Of a DNA stretch of 64,000 bases, positions 18,618 through 28,486 are shown piece after piece; position 1 is the first letter of the stretch; the number at the start of each line of letters is the position of its first letter. This DNA comes from an uncultured delta proteobacterium. GTDB lineage: Bacteria > Desulfobacterota > Binatia > UBA9968. The DNA lies in NCBI GenBank assembly GCA_963727625.1, contig CAVSHR010000004.1, positions 32,001 through 96,000 on the forward strand. Direction: 5' to 3'. The notes beneath the pieces are model-generated. The model had not been told where the DNA came from. It made no database searches and saw only the letters and a program-made list of their open reading frames with translations. The position numbers were made by a program, and so were the translations under genes.

Positions 18618-19700
18618 TTACAAACAGTAAAGTTTTGCGGCATTCTCGCCCATGATTTTTGCTTTAAGGGCGTCCGAGAGGTCTTTCCGCTCCATGACTT
18701 CTTCAACGGTGTGGGGAAATTTGGAGTCACTGTGATTGTAGTCGGTGGCGAAGACCAGGCGGCCGGCGCCGACAAACTCCGCAACGTAGGGCAGCATCTT
18801 TTCTTCCATCTCGAAGGCGTAGAACATCTGGCCGCTCTTCATGTATTCGCTGGGCGGCTTGGTGAGCCAGGGCACGGTGGGCTGGAGAATTTCGTAGTGC
18901 TCGTCGAGCCGTTCCATCCAGTAGGGCACCCAGCCGCAACCCGCCTCCATGAAGGCAAATCTCAAGCGTGGAAAACGTTCCAGCAAGCCCCCGGCGACGA
19001 CGCAAAGCGCCGCGATCATTTGCTCGAAAGGGTGCGCCATGGCATGCGTAAACAAGGGATGATCAAAACGCTCGGTGGCCGCCGGCACGCCATCACCGGC
19101 GCCGACATGGATGCACACCGGCACGTTGAGGCGCTCGGCCTCGGCAAAGAACGGAAACAGATCGGGGTCGTCGAGATTTTTCTTCGACGCGGAGGTTGGC
19201 GGCGCAGCGACCGCGACAAATCCAAGCTCTTCCACCGCCCGTCGCAATTCCTTGACCGACTCCACCGGGTCTTGAATGGCGACCGCTGCCACGCCCTTGA
19301 GGCGTCGCGGGTCGGCGCTGCAATAACTGGCCAGCCAATTGTTGTAGACGCGGGCAATGGCGCAGGCGAGATCTTTGTCCTCCGCGAAGGGCAGGCTTAA
19401 AAACGGCGAAGTGCCGAACAGCACCGCGGTATCGATGCTTTCCAAATCCATGTCTTTGAGCCGTTGCTTGGGGTCGACCATGCCGGTCGTGGGTTGGGGA
19501 TGGTGGCTGCGCGGCGCGCCGACGAAGCTGCAACCTTTACCCACCGGCTTGGGCGTCAATTTCCCGTCGATCATCACGAACGTAAAACCGCGATTGTCCT
19601 TAACCGTCCTCGGCGCGCGGTCGCGAAAGGGCGCGTCAATCAGATCCGCCCAAGGGATATCCCGTTCCAGTACATGTCCGTCGGCATCAATAATGCGCAT
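18618..19700 (-). CDS. Amidohydrolase_2 family protein
   Basis: IIDADGH, CIHVG, EAGCGW and FATDYNH motifs. Confidence 0.9.
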   Translation of the reverse strand: MRIIDADGHVLERDIPWADLIDAPFRDRAPRTVKDNRGFTFVMIDGKLTPKPVGKGCSFVGAPRSHHPQPTTGMVDPKQRLKDMDLESIDTAVLFGTSPFLSLPFAEDKDLACAIARVYNNWLASYCSADPRRLKGVAAVAIQDPVESVKELRRAVEELGFVAVAAPPTSASKKNLDDPDLFPFFAEAERLNVPVCIHVGAGDGVPAATERFDHPLFTHAMAHPFEQMIAALCVVAGGLLERFPRLRFAFMEAGCGWVPYWMERLDEHYEILQPTVPWLTKPPSEYMKSGQMFYAFEMEEKMLPYVAEFVGAGRLVFATDYNHSDSKFPHTVEEVMERKDLSDALKAKIMGENAAKLYCL

Positions 19701-19837
19701 AGCCTGTTCCTCGATTACTGTTTAGTTTGAGGTTTTTGTTTATTTCAGCGCGGGCAAAAATTCCAACCGAGCCTCGGCGCGCGCATGCGCCTGCTGGCCG
19801 CATCCACGTTGGCGCCGAATTATTTTAATTCAAAGAG

Positions 19838-20863
19838 CTATTTTACCTGGCCAGGAAAGAGTTTGGCGGCGTAGTCGTGATTTACTTCCTTGATCAGCGT
19901 ATTGTCGTAAAAACGCTCGGTGTCTAACTTGGCGGCTTTGGGATTTTTGGAAAAATCGAGCACCAATCGAATCGCTTCCGGATCGACGGTCATGTCTTTG
20001 TTCCAAACCTTCGCCCCTGCCTGATAGCTTTCTTCCAAGAGCTTGGCATCGTTAATTTTACTTTTCTGGCTGAGAACCTTCCGCGCGTAGGCTGGGTCGT
20101 CGAGGCAGCGCTTGACGCCGTCCAGGTAGCCCATCAGAAATATTCTCAAAGTGTTGGGGTTTTTCTGGACAAAGGATCGCGCCACCCCGGTGCCGGGCCC
20201 GATAATCTTAAGCCCCCGGTCGTAAAAATCGATGATCACCGGGAAGCCTTTGCTGCGCGCCACTTCGGTTTGCGGCGGCGTGATGATCACGCCGTCGGCA
20301 TTACTGACGAGAAAAGTCGACAGAGCATCCGGCGGACCCTTGTGGTAGAGGAGCTTGATGTCTTTGCCGATTTCCATGCCGTGCTCCTTGGCGGTCTTGC
20401 GCATGGCGATCTCGCCGAATGCGCCCACCGAAGTGGTCGCCACCGATTTGCCGCGCAAGCTCTCGAAAGTCGTCAGTCCCTTTTGGCCGAATAATACTAA
20501 AGTGCTGCGGTCCACCGACGCGGCGATATAGATGATATCCGAGCCGCCGACGTGAGCATGGATCGTCGCGGCACCGCCCTGATAGATATCGATTTTTCCG
20601 GATACCAGTGCTTGCGCCGACGCGGTCGCGCTCAACCGGCTGATGTGGACATTGACCCCGCGTTTTGAAAAATCGCCGGCTTCCTGGGCGAGAAGTATCG
20701 GAAGATAAAGCGGTCCGTAGGCCGCGATGGCCACTTCAAGGCGGTTCTTCTCGGGCTTAAGTTCTCCGCTCTCGGCTGCGTTTAGCACGCTGTGGAATAA
20801 TGCCAGAAACCCTAGGGCGATGAGGATTAAGAACTTGAACGATCTTGTGTTAGTTTGCGACAT
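19838..20863 (-). CDS. ABC transporter substrate-binding protein (NMT1-like)
   Basis: Signal peptide; LAQEAGDFSKRGV and LRGKSVA motifs. Confidence 0.8.
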   Translation of the reverse strand: MSQTNTRSFKFLILIALGFLALFHSVLNAAESGELKPEKNRLEVAIAAYGPLYLPILLAQEAGDFSKRGVNVHISRLSATASAQALVSGKIDIYQGGAATIHAHVGGSDIIYIAASVDRSTLVLFGQKGLTTFESLRGKSVATTSVGAFGEIAMRKTAKEHGMEIGKDIKLLYHKGPPDALSTFLVSNADGVIITPPQTEVARSKGFPVIIDFYDRGLKIIGPGTGVARSFVQKNPNTLRIFLMGYLDGVKRCLDDPAYARKVLSQKSKINDAKLLEESYQAGAKVWNKDMTVDPEAIRLVLDFSKNPKAAKLDTERFYDNTLIKEVNHDYAAKLFPGQVK

Positions 20864-21010
20864 TGCGATTTCTCCAGATAACAATTCCAATTAACTCACT
20901 TGGGCGCCAGGATGGCAGACTGGAACATTAGTTTGAGTCAAGAGCATATCTAAGGCCATACCGGAAGTCGTGCAAAATTGAAAGAGAGTTCAAGATAGTC
21001 TGCGTCCTAT

Positions 21011-21616
21011 TTACAGAATCGCGTCAACCGACGGCCGCGTTTTCATGCGCTCGAGCCAAGCGCCCAGGCGCGGCAATGACGGCGTCGGCAGGGCGCCATA
21101 GCTCTCCGCGCGTAGCAGGCGGGGCAGGATGGCGATGTCGGTAAGACTGAGTTTGCCAAGGAAGAAAGCCTGATCGCCCAGCGCAGCTTCGAGGTATTGG
21201 AGCAGGTCGCGCAAGCCTCGGCGCTTTTCGTCGATTATTTTCGGGTCACGCTCGGCCGCAGGTTTGCGCATCTCGCCGCGCAAATCCCAGTAAGGGGCGT
21301 GGGTGTAGTTGATCGCGTAATCGGTCAGCACGCGTCCGCGCGCGCGCAGGTAGGGGTCGTTCGGCATCAGCGGCGGGGTCGGATATTTTTCGTCCAGATA
21401 TTCGTTGATGATACAGGACTCGAACAGCACCTTGCCGTCCTCGACGAGCACGGGAATCTTGCCATAGGGATTGAGCTTGAGAAAATCCGGCTGCTTTTGC
21501 TCGCGGGCGGCGAGCCGCACCGGCACGCCATCCCAGCTGAGGCCCTTTTCGGCCAGCGCGATTTTGACGCGATCGCAGTTCGATGACGGAACGTCGTGAT
21601 AGAGCGTGATGGACAT
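21011..21616 (-). CDS. Glutathione S-transferase family protein
   Basis: LNPYGKIPVL, ESCIINEYL and SLTDI motifs. Confidence 0.9.
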   Translation of the reverse strand: MSITLYHDVPSSNCDRVKIALAEKGLSWDGVPVRLAAREQKQPDFLKLNPYGKIPVLVEDGKVLFESCIINEYLDEKYPTPPLMPNDPYLRARGRVLTDYAINYTHAPYWDLRGEMRKPAAERDPKIIDEKRRGLRDLLQYLEAALGDQAFFLGKLSLTDIAILPRLLRAESYGALPTPSLPRLGAWLERMKTRPSVDAIL

Positions 21617-21747
21617 AGTTATCCTCCTATCGTGTACGTTGAGGGTCTAAAAGTCGGCCCATTTTTTCTACTATCAAGAAATCCAAGATTTGTAACCAGC
21701 GGGTAGCAATGTCGTTTGGATCGAAAGTGGAATCGCGCCTGAAAAAA

Positions 21748-21815
21748 GATTCCCGGCTCCGCTCGGAATGATATATTTTGTGCGTGGGATGTCACCCCGA
21801 ACAAAGAGAGGGATC
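21748..21815. repeat. REP/BIME-like inverted pair (GATTCC..CGCTCGGAATGA ... GTCA..CCGA....GAGGGATC)
   Basis: Same bipartite layout as the element at 27983-28051. Confidence 0.6.
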
Positions 21816-21832
21816 GATAGCCAAGCCAGAAC

Positions 21833-22750
21833 TCACTGGCGCACGCGCTTACTGACCAACAACACGGAGCCGATGATCAAGCCGGCGGCGAGCAAGCTGC
21901 GCAGGGTAAGAATTTCATTGCCGAGAAAATAACCGAGGAGGATTGCCACAAGGGGATTCACGTAGGAATAGGTCGCGACCAGCGTTATCGGTGCGACGCG
22001 GAGCAGCCACGCGTAAGAAATGAAAGCGGCCGGGCCGACCAAGGTCAAGTAGGTCCAAGCATAGACCGAACGCGAAGAAATTGCGCTCCAATCGAAATCG
22101 GCAAATTCGCCGAAGCCGTAGGCAAGCAATATCTGGGCGGCACCGCCCACCATCATTTCGATGCCTGTGGTCAGCAATGGCGAAGTGGGCAGTATAGAGG
22201 CCTTGCCATAGATCGAACCGATGGCCCAGAAGCAAGACGCTACGAGGACGACGATGGCGCCATGAAGATTTTCCACGCTGGCCTGATTGGCGGTCCAGCC
22301 GATCAGCAACACGGCGCCGCAAAAACCGATCATGATGCCGAGCAGAGCGACTCTGCTCGGTTGCTCGCCGCCGGGACGAAGAGCGTCGATCAAAATCATC
22401 CAGAGCGGCACGGTGGCGACCAATAACGCGGCGAGGCTGGAAGGAATGAACTGCGCCGCCCAGACCACGCCGCCATTGCCGCCGACCAATAAAAAGATTC
22501 CGATGATCGAAGCGTTGCGCCAATGGGTTGGCGTCGGATTCGGATCCCCGGCAAGACGGCGCCAAACGTACAAAAATGCGCCAGAGATGGTAAAGCGCGC
22601 CGCAGCCGATAAAAATGGCGGGATGGTTTCTACGGCGAATCGGATGGCGAGATAAGTCGAGCCCCAGATAAGATATACAGCCGCTAGCGCTGTCCATATC
22701 CCCAGCGCGGTCGCGCGATATTGCGCCGCCGGAGCGGCAGCTTGATTCAC
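21833..22750 (-). CDS. EamA/DMT family transporter (YedA-like)
   Basis: VYLIWGSTYLAIR and TYSYVNPLVA motifs. The GTG start overlaps the ogt stop (GTGA). Confidence 0.9.
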   Translation of the reverse strand: MNQAAAPAAQYRATALGIWTALAAVYLIWGSTYLAIRFAVETIPPFLSAAARFTISGAFLYVWRRLAGDPNPTPTHWRNASIIGIFLLVGGNGGVVWAAQFIPSSLAALLVATVPLWMILIDALRPGGEQPSRVALLGIMIGFCGAVLLIGWTANQASVENLHGAIVVLVASCFWAIGSIYGKASILPTSPLLTTGIEMMVGGAAQILLAYGFGEFADFDWSAISSRSVYAWTYLTLVGPAAFISYAWLLRVAPITLVATYSYVNPLVAILLGYFLGNEILTLRSLLAAGLIIGSVLLVSKRVRQ

Positions 22751-23376
22751 AGGATTGCGCCCTCCAATCGCAGCAGCCAGTGTTTGGCGGGAAGGCCCGC
22801 ACCACCGCTGTAGCCGCCGAGACTGCCGTCGCTGGCGATGATCCGGTGGCACGGGATAACGATCGGCACAGGGTTGCGAGCCAACGCTTGGCCCACCGGC
22901 CGGCTGGATTTCGGCCGTCCCATTTCTTGGGCGACCCGCTGGTAGGTCCAAACCTGGCCCGGCGCGATGCGGCAAGCCACGTCGAGCACGCCACGTTGAA
23001 AAGGGGTGAGTGCGGACAGGTCAACCGGCAGATCGAACGCAACGCGCTTTCCGGAAAAATATTCCGTCAATTGTTCGAGCGTGCGACGCACGGCTTTAGG
23101 GTCTTGATCGAGCCGGGCCTGCGGGTCGAGGCGCGCTAGAAAATCGGCTTCACTTCCACCGAAATCCACTGCACAAAGACCGCGGTCGCTCACCGCGACG
23201 AAAAGCCTGCCCAACGGAGAGTTCATTTCGCCCCAGCGAATCAACGGCGCTTCTTTTGCGAACCAGCGTCTCACTCGTGCCTGGGAATGCGCGAGTGCCG
23301 CCGCTGGCGGTTTGTTGAATGCCGAGCGCAAGCACTTGATCGTTGCCGCTTCGCTAAGCCGGTGTATTTTGGTCAT
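22747..23376 (-). CDS. ogt: Methylated-DNA--protein-cysteine methyltransferase with N-terminal extension
   Basis: SPLG, TPFQ, RPVGQA..RNP and IPCHRII active site. Confidence 0.92.
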   Translation of the reverse strand: MTKIHRLSEAATIKCLRSAFNKPPAAALAHSQARVRRWFAKEAPLIRWGEMNSPLGRLFVAVSDRGLCAVDFGGSEADFLARLDPQARLDQDPKAVRRTLEQLTEYFSGKRVAFDLPVDLSALTPFQRGVLDVACRIAPGQVWTYQRVAQEMGRPKSSRPVGQALARNPVPIVIPCHRIIASDGSLGGYSGGAGLPAKHWLLRLEGAIL

Positions 23377-23876
23377 AGCTCCTCCTTGAGCGCGGCGCGC
23401 AGGCGCTGGATCGCCTGGTATACGTTGGCGCGCGCGCTCGCTTCCGAACAGTTCAAGATCTCAGCGATTTCGGCGTAGTCCAAGTCTTGCAGATATCGCA
23501 GCGTGATACAGGTTTTTTGTTTGGCCGGTAGACTGCCGACGAATATTCGCACTCGTGCCGCAAGATTTTCTGAATCGGCACTGACGCAAGATTTGATCGC
23601 ATTACGCTCGCGTTCGGTAAACTTCGCGCGCCAATTCTTTACCCGGCGCAACCTGGTCAATGCGCAGTTCGTGGCAATCTTGTAGAGCCACGCTCTGGGA
23701 TTGCTGTCCAGCCGTAGCCGGTCGTAGTTTTCATAGGCGCGCAAGAAAACGTCTTGGACGAGATCTTCCACATCCAACGCTACGTCCGAGCCTCGCTGTT
23801 TTCCCAGGAGCCGCCAAAGATAGGCGAATAGCTCGTCGTGATGCCGGTCGATCAATTGCTCAAAGCGCAATGCCAT
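23373..23876 (-). CDS. ECF RNA polymerase sigma factor
   Basis: EDLVQDVFL and AWLYKIATN (region 2); LDYAEIAEIL (region 4). The stop overlaps the ogt start (ATGA). Confidence 0.92.
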   Translation of the reverse strand: MALRFEQLIDRHHDELFAYLWRLLGKQRGSDVALDVEDLVQDVFLRAYENYDRLRLDSNPRAWLYKIATNCALTRLRRVKNWRAKFTERERNAIKSCVSADSENLAARVRIFVGSLPAKQKTCITLRYLQDLDYAEIAEILNCSEASARANVYQAIQRLRAALKEEL

Positions 23877-24024
23877 TCCAAGTATCCGATCTATACCGAT
23901 ATAACTATCGACGGGACCCTTTGTGAAAGCGCGCGTTGGATATTGTTAGAAAAAAATGATGAACGCTCTGTGCGAAACGCTGCGCGGCAGGAACTCAGAA
24001 AGCAGGTGACTGCCAGATCAAGTA

Positions 24025-24483
24025 CTAAATTTCGGCCGCCATGCCCTTTTTCTTCAATTCTTCAATGGCGCCGGTGGTCTTGGCGATGGGCACTACACCC
24101 ATGCCCGAAAGTATTTGCGGCGCTTTGGTGAATTGACAGTCGTCGTAGGGCACGACTTCGATGCGGTTGCCCCAGGGATCGAGAATGTTGACGCGCTCGT
24201 TGACGCTTTTGATGCCGAGGCGGTCCATGGCGCGTTTCACGGCTTCCCGATCGTCGACGACCAAGCCGAAGTGTCGCTTGGTGTCGGCAACTTGACTTCG
24301 GCCGAGCGTGAGTTGGATGAACTGGTCGCCCAGATCGATGAACGCGTTGCGATCGCTCTTGCCGCGCAAAGTGAATTCGAAGATCGATCCGTAGAATTCC
24401 AGCGCCTTGTCCAAGTCGTCTACTTCAAGCACGACATGGTTGATTCCCAGGGCCCGCGCTTTGCTTTCGCTTGCCTCACTCAT
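24025..24483 (-). CDS. VOC family protein
   Basis: INHVVLEV, FY, HFGLVV and DPWGNRIE motifs. Confidence 0.85.
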   Translation of the reverse strand: MSEASESKARALGINHVVLEVDDLDKALEFYGSIFEFTLRGKSDRNAFIDLGDQFIQLTLGRSQVADTKRHFGLVVDDREAVKRAMDRLGIKSVNERVNILDPWGNRIEVVPYDDCQFTKAPQILSGMGVVPIAKTTGAIEELKKKGMAAEI

Positions 24484-24715
24484 GGATTTGGTCCTTTTCT
24501 TGGCTTGCCTATTTATTCATTTGAGGTTGTGCCGGTGAATGCAGAAATCGTTTGATGCACCATCGCATCTCCGGCGTAACCTGCTCGACCCGGCGATTCC
24601 ATCTTCACAGTCGTTTTATACCATGAGGAAAGATGCTTTGGTAAAGAAGATCTTCTTTGAGCGGAAATGGCGTCAAAATCAATGACTGGGTGCAACCGGT
24701 GCGAACGCAAGTGTA

Positions 24716-24755
24716 CACCGGCGGAGCGCAATCGACCGGTTGAGCTCCGCCGGTG
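24716..24755. terminator. Hairpin downstream of cpaF, possible terminator
   Basis: 12-bp stem CACCGGCGGAGC/GCTCCGCCGGTG; no clear U-tail. Confidence 0.45.
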
Positions 24756-24807
24756 GGTGGAAAACGGCTCTTTCCGAGCGTGTCGAGGCTCTTCGACTCT
24801 ATGTCAA

Positions 24808-26175
24808 CTAAGCGCTCTTCTTTGAACGATTGACATCCTTTGGCAGGAAATAAGCCGGCGGGATTTTGAAGCCGTACCGTTCTACCCGCTTCATGAATGT
24901 AGGCATCACGCCGGTGGCATAAAAATCGCCGATTACTTTTCCATCCTCGTCCACGTCCACCTGGTTGAAGCCGTAGATCGTTTGGGTCGTGATCGCGTTG
25001 CCCTCCATGCCGGTGACTTCAGCCATCTCGACGAGCTTCCGCGTGCCGTCGCTCAAACGAGCCAGCTGGACGACGATGTCCAACGCCGAAGCGATTTGCT
25101 CCCGCAACGCTCGATCAGGGAGGCCGAAGCCGGCCATGAGCATCATGGTTTCCAGCCGGGAGAGAGCGTCACGGGCGCCGTTGGCGTGAATGGTGCTGAT
25201 GGATCCGTCGTGGCCGGTATTCATCGCCTGCATCATGTCGAGCGCTTCGCCGCCTCGCACTTCACCGACAACGATGCGGTCGGGCCGCATGCGCAGGCTA
25301 TTGCGCACCAAATCACGCTGCGTCACCATTCCGATGCCTTCGATATTCGGCGGGCGGGTCTCCAGCCGCAGCACGTGCCTCTGCTGCAACTTGAGCTCAG
25401 CGGAATCTTCGATGGTCACGATTCGTTCTGTGGCCGGAATATAGTTCGATAGGCAGTTAAGTAGTGTGGTCTTCCCCGAACCGGTTCCACCTGAGATCAA
25501 GATGTTCAAACGCGCCTTGACGCACGCCTCTAAGACCTCGGCAATGTGCGGCGGCACGGAATTCAACCTGATCAGGTTGTTCATGGTCAAGCGATCGACG
25601 CCGAACCGTCGAATCGACAAAATCGGGCCGTCCAACGCAAGCGGCGGAATGATGGCGTTTACCCGCGACCCGTCAGGCAGGCGGGCATCAACCATGGGCG
25701 AGTGTTCGTCGACTCGGCGACCGACCGCGGTGACGATTCGTTCGATGATTTGCATCAAGTGCGCATCGTCACGAAAGCGCACGTTGGTCTCTTCAAGTTT
25801 GCCGTGGCGCTCGACATAAATGCTGGCGTAGTTGTTAACCAGAATGTCGGAAATTTCGGGGTCTGCCATCAGCCCTTGCAGCGGACCGAGGCCAAAAATT
25901 TCGTGTTCGATTTCAACCACCAGGCGCCTACGATCGTAAAGGCTCAGTGCCAACGGCTCCGACATGACCATGTCTTCAAGGATGCGACGAACGTCCGACT
26001 CAATTCGGGGGGATTCCCGCCCGGAGATTTTGCTTAAATCGATGGTATCGAGAAGCTTGCGATGAATTCGCAGTTTGAGCTTTTCGTAGGTTTCATGGCC
26101 GAGCGGCGTCCCGGCCAAGCTCAATGGGCCGAGATCGTCTCTTTCGTCGGTTAATTGCTTCAATGGAGTTTTCAT
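24808..26175 (-). CDS. cpaF: CpaF/TadA family pilus assembly ATPase
   Basis: Walker [32 protein letters not shown] and MNTGHDG motifs; GGAGG RBS before MKTP. Confidence 0.92.
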   Translation of the reverse strand: MKTPLKQLTDERDDLGPLSLAGTPLGHETYEKLKLRIHRKLLDTIDLSKISGRESPRIESDVRRILEDMVMSEPLALSLYDRRRLVVEIEHEIFGLGPLQGLMADPEISDILVNNYASIYVERHGKLEETNVRFRDDAHLMQIIERIVTAVGRRVDEHSPMVDARLPDGSRVNAIIPPLALDGPILSIRRFGVDRLTMNNLIRLNSVPPHIAEVLEACVKARLNILISGGTGSGKTTLLNCLSNYIPATERIVTIEDSAELKLQQRHVLRLETRPPNIEGIGMVTQRDLVRNSLRMRPDRIVVGEVRGGEALDMMQAMNTGHDGSISTIHANGARDALSRLETMMLMAGFGLPDRALREQIASALDIVVQLARLSDGTRKLVEMAEVTGMEGNAITTQTIYGFNQVDVDEDGKVIGDFYATGVMPTFMKRVERYGFKIPPAYFLPKDVNRSKKSA

Positions 26176-26217
26176 GTATCGCCTCCGTTCGAGCCGCTCG
26201 TCCATTGGGGAATTGAC

Positions 26218-26232
26218 GCAACGGCCGTGCCA
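26218..26232 (-). promoter_or_regulatory. Sigma54 (-24/-12) promoter of cpaF
   Basis: TGGCACGGCCGTTGC matches TGGCAC-N5-TTGC exactly, about 43 nt upstream of the ATG. Confidence 0.75.
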
Positions 26233-26681
26233 TTATCCTAAGGGGAGTTTCGGCATCTTGAAAACGCCATCAAACCGAAGTCACGGGGTGAAGTCGCCTC
26301 GCGCCCCGCGACATCTACAAGGCAAAACAAAAATTCCGGGTATTTAGAATCGTTCCCGAGACCAAGTACGACGTAAAGCCTTCCACGAGTGCCTTCAACC
26401 CTATTGAGTGTGATGAAAGTCAGCCAAGGCTTGAATCGTTCGCGGTATGCTCCCGTGCGTGCGCACATAGCGTTTTGAATACTCTCGTGCTTGACAATTT
26501 AACAGCGCTAAATTCCCATTGTTGCGAGTTAAGCTTCAAGTATTCTCAAAGAATAAGCGGGCGCCTATGGCGATCAAGGCACCACCATCCAGGCACAATT
26601 TACGGTGAAGTCGAAGCGCCCGGGCAGGCCACTCAACCGACCCAGCTGTAACTTAAGCGAGAAAATGCACTGGCAATTCCC

Positions 26682-27554
26682 TTAAAACACGTGGCCGGGG
26701 CTTGGAAGAAAATTCGGCACGGAACTGTCGAGCACGCTGGCGAGCGGGGTAAACAAATCACCTCGATACAGAGTCGCCAGCTCCACTTGGCCGAGATGGG
26801 GCGCGGCACGCTCGTGCCGGCTCTCACGGCTGTAATTCGCCTTCATGCCGAACAGAGACAGTAGATAATTCGCGAGTTCAACGCGCGACAACGCCCGTGT
26901 CGCCGCGACATGCCGGACTCCTGTCTCGCTGCTGTCGGCCAACCGCATGACACGATCCGATAGATCGTCGGCCCAAACCACGGAACGAGACTCGTCGTCA
27001 ACGATGGTGACGGGAAGATTTCGTTGCATGCGATAACGCAGCCAGTCCCAATGGCCGGTGCGACCTGTAGGTGACGGGCCGATGGGCAGGCCGACACGAA
27101 TCACCAGTGATCCCGTCCGTTCGAGTACCAGTGCTTCCGCATTCACGCGAGTCCTGCCGTAAACGCTGATCGGACAGGGTGGTGCTGCCTCGTCGTAAAC
27201 GCCGTCGCCGCCGAACACGTGATCGGACGAAACGTAGACGAATCTGGTTTTCGCCGGTAGCGCAGCCAGCACACGGCGCACATGTTCGACGTTGATTTCC
27301 CGCGCCCAGCCCGGCGCCGCTGTGCATTTCGGCACGTCGCAGACGGCGTGGCAATAAAGCAAGACGTCAGGTTGGTAGTGCTCGAACAGCGCGATAGACC
27401 AAGAAGGGTCCGCCAATTTGAGCATTGGCCAATGACACACGCTCTTCGCACGCGACCCCGGTGTGATGAAGGGCAATATCCGCCGTGGAAACATGCGCGC
27501 GAGATTGAAGCCGAGGATCGATGTGGCGCCGAAGAGCAATGTCGATTGAGTCAC
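26682..27554 (-). CDS. RmlD-like NAD(P)-dependent sugar-nucleotide reductase (extended SDR)
   Basis: GATSILG, YVSSDHVFGG and P.SVYGRTR motifs; the YxxxK lysine is replaced by Arg. Confidence 0.8.
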   Translation of the reverse strand: MTQSTLLFGATSILGFNLARMFPRRILPFITPGSRAKSVCHWPMLKLADPSWSIALFEHYQPDVLLYCHAVCDVPKCTAAPGWAREINVEHVRRVLAALPAKTRFVYVSSDHVFGGDGVYDEAAPPCPISVYGRTRVNAEALVLERTGSLVIRVGLPIGPSPTGRTGHWDWLRYRMQRNLPVTIVDDESRSVVWADDLSDRVMRLADSSETGVRHVAATRALSRVELANYLLSLFGMKANYSRESRHERAAPHLGQVELATLYRGDLFTPLASVLDSSVPNFLPSPGHVF

Positions 27555-27655
27555 GAGGGATCAGATGCGGGTGGTTGATTGCTACGACGCATAAGCAGTG
27601 TACCGGATGCCCAGACTGAGAACGAAATCAACCGAAGCAAAGGGCCGAGAGGTGA

Positions 27656-27895
27656 TCATGTGTGGCCGTTCCGTCCATTGAGCAGCGCTTTGCCGTTGGC
27701 GGTAAGAGTGACCTGTGGATCTTGGCAGGTTTCATGCCGGTTGACTTGAATATAACCCTCAATCATGGCGTCTTCCCAGATCGTCTGCCGTGGGCAGTGG
27801 CTCTGCCATGCCTCCATCGCCTCGCTGTAGGTCCGTCGCCGCGATGATAGCCAGGAAAGAAGCTCAATCATCAACAAGTTTTCCGATTCAGGCAT
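27656..27895 (-). CDS. Small conserved hypothetical protein (possible winged helix)
   Basis: GGAGG RBS; L.WL...RTY.E.MEAW.S.CPR..IWEDA...LT..G pattern. Confidence 0.6.
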   Translation of the reverse strand: MPESENLLMIELLSWLSSRRRTYSEAMEAWQSHCPRQTIWEDAMIEGYIQVNRHETCQDPQVTLTANGKALLNGRNGHT

Positions 27896-27982
27896 GGTCC
27901 CCTCCGAGACCCTCGACTAACGCTGAATCCGCGCTACGACATTGGTTCAGTAAGATTTGCCGCATATCGGACTGCAGAGAAT

Positions 27983-28051
27983 GATTCCTCGCTTCCGCTC
28001 GGAATGACAACGAAGCGACCGATGCGTCATCTCGAACCAAGTGAGAGATCT
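27983..28051. repeat. REP/BIME-like inverted pair
   Basis: GATTCCTCGCTTCCGCTCGGAATGACA...GTCATCTCGAACCAAGTGAGAGATC; second copy at 21748. Confidence 0.65.
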
Positions 28052-28110
28052 TTTGCTGACTCAATCTCGACCTGCGCTACTTTACCAAAAGCGCTGCCCG
28101 AGTGTAAATT

Positions 28111-28458
28111 CTACCGGCTTTTGGGCTCGGCGCGCACGTGGAGCTTGGGCGGAGCTTGGTCGAAATATTTGAACAGCGCCGGGCATAGCCAGCCTTCCAT
28201 GTCGAACTGCGGGCAGTGGTACCAGTTGCCGCCGAGTTCTTCGCGGCGCCACTGCAGCTCCACGGTAGAACCCGGAAACGGCGCGGCGGAAAAGAGCAGG
28301 CGAAAGCCGTTGTCGGCGTCCGGTATGAACGCGACTAGGCGGTCGATCATGCTGTCGATGCCGGAGATGAAGGGCTCGCGCACGAGACCGACGGCAGGGT
28401 CGTCGAAGACCCACATGCCTTCATACTTGTAAGGCGCGATCACGCCGATGTTGTTCAT
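28111..28458 (-). CDS. Conserved hypothetical protein (DUF6717-like)
   Basis: PYKYEGMWVFDD...L..EPF..G.D..ID and GWLCPAL.KYF..AP pattern. Confidence 0.7.
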   Translation of the reverse strand: MNNIGVIAPYKYEGMWVFDDPAVGLVREPFISGIDSMIDRLVAFIPDADNGFRLLFSAAPFPGSTVELQWRREELGGNWYHCPQFDMEGWLCPALFKYFDQAPPKLHVRAEPKSR

Positions 28459-28486
28459 GGGCGGATCAATGCGCCGGCGGCACTGC

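Noticed and set aside
26490-26540. Imperfect inverted repeat with ATTTAAC...GTTAAGC resembling attC
   Set aside because: About 38 bp between the ends is too short for attC, and no L boxes are present.
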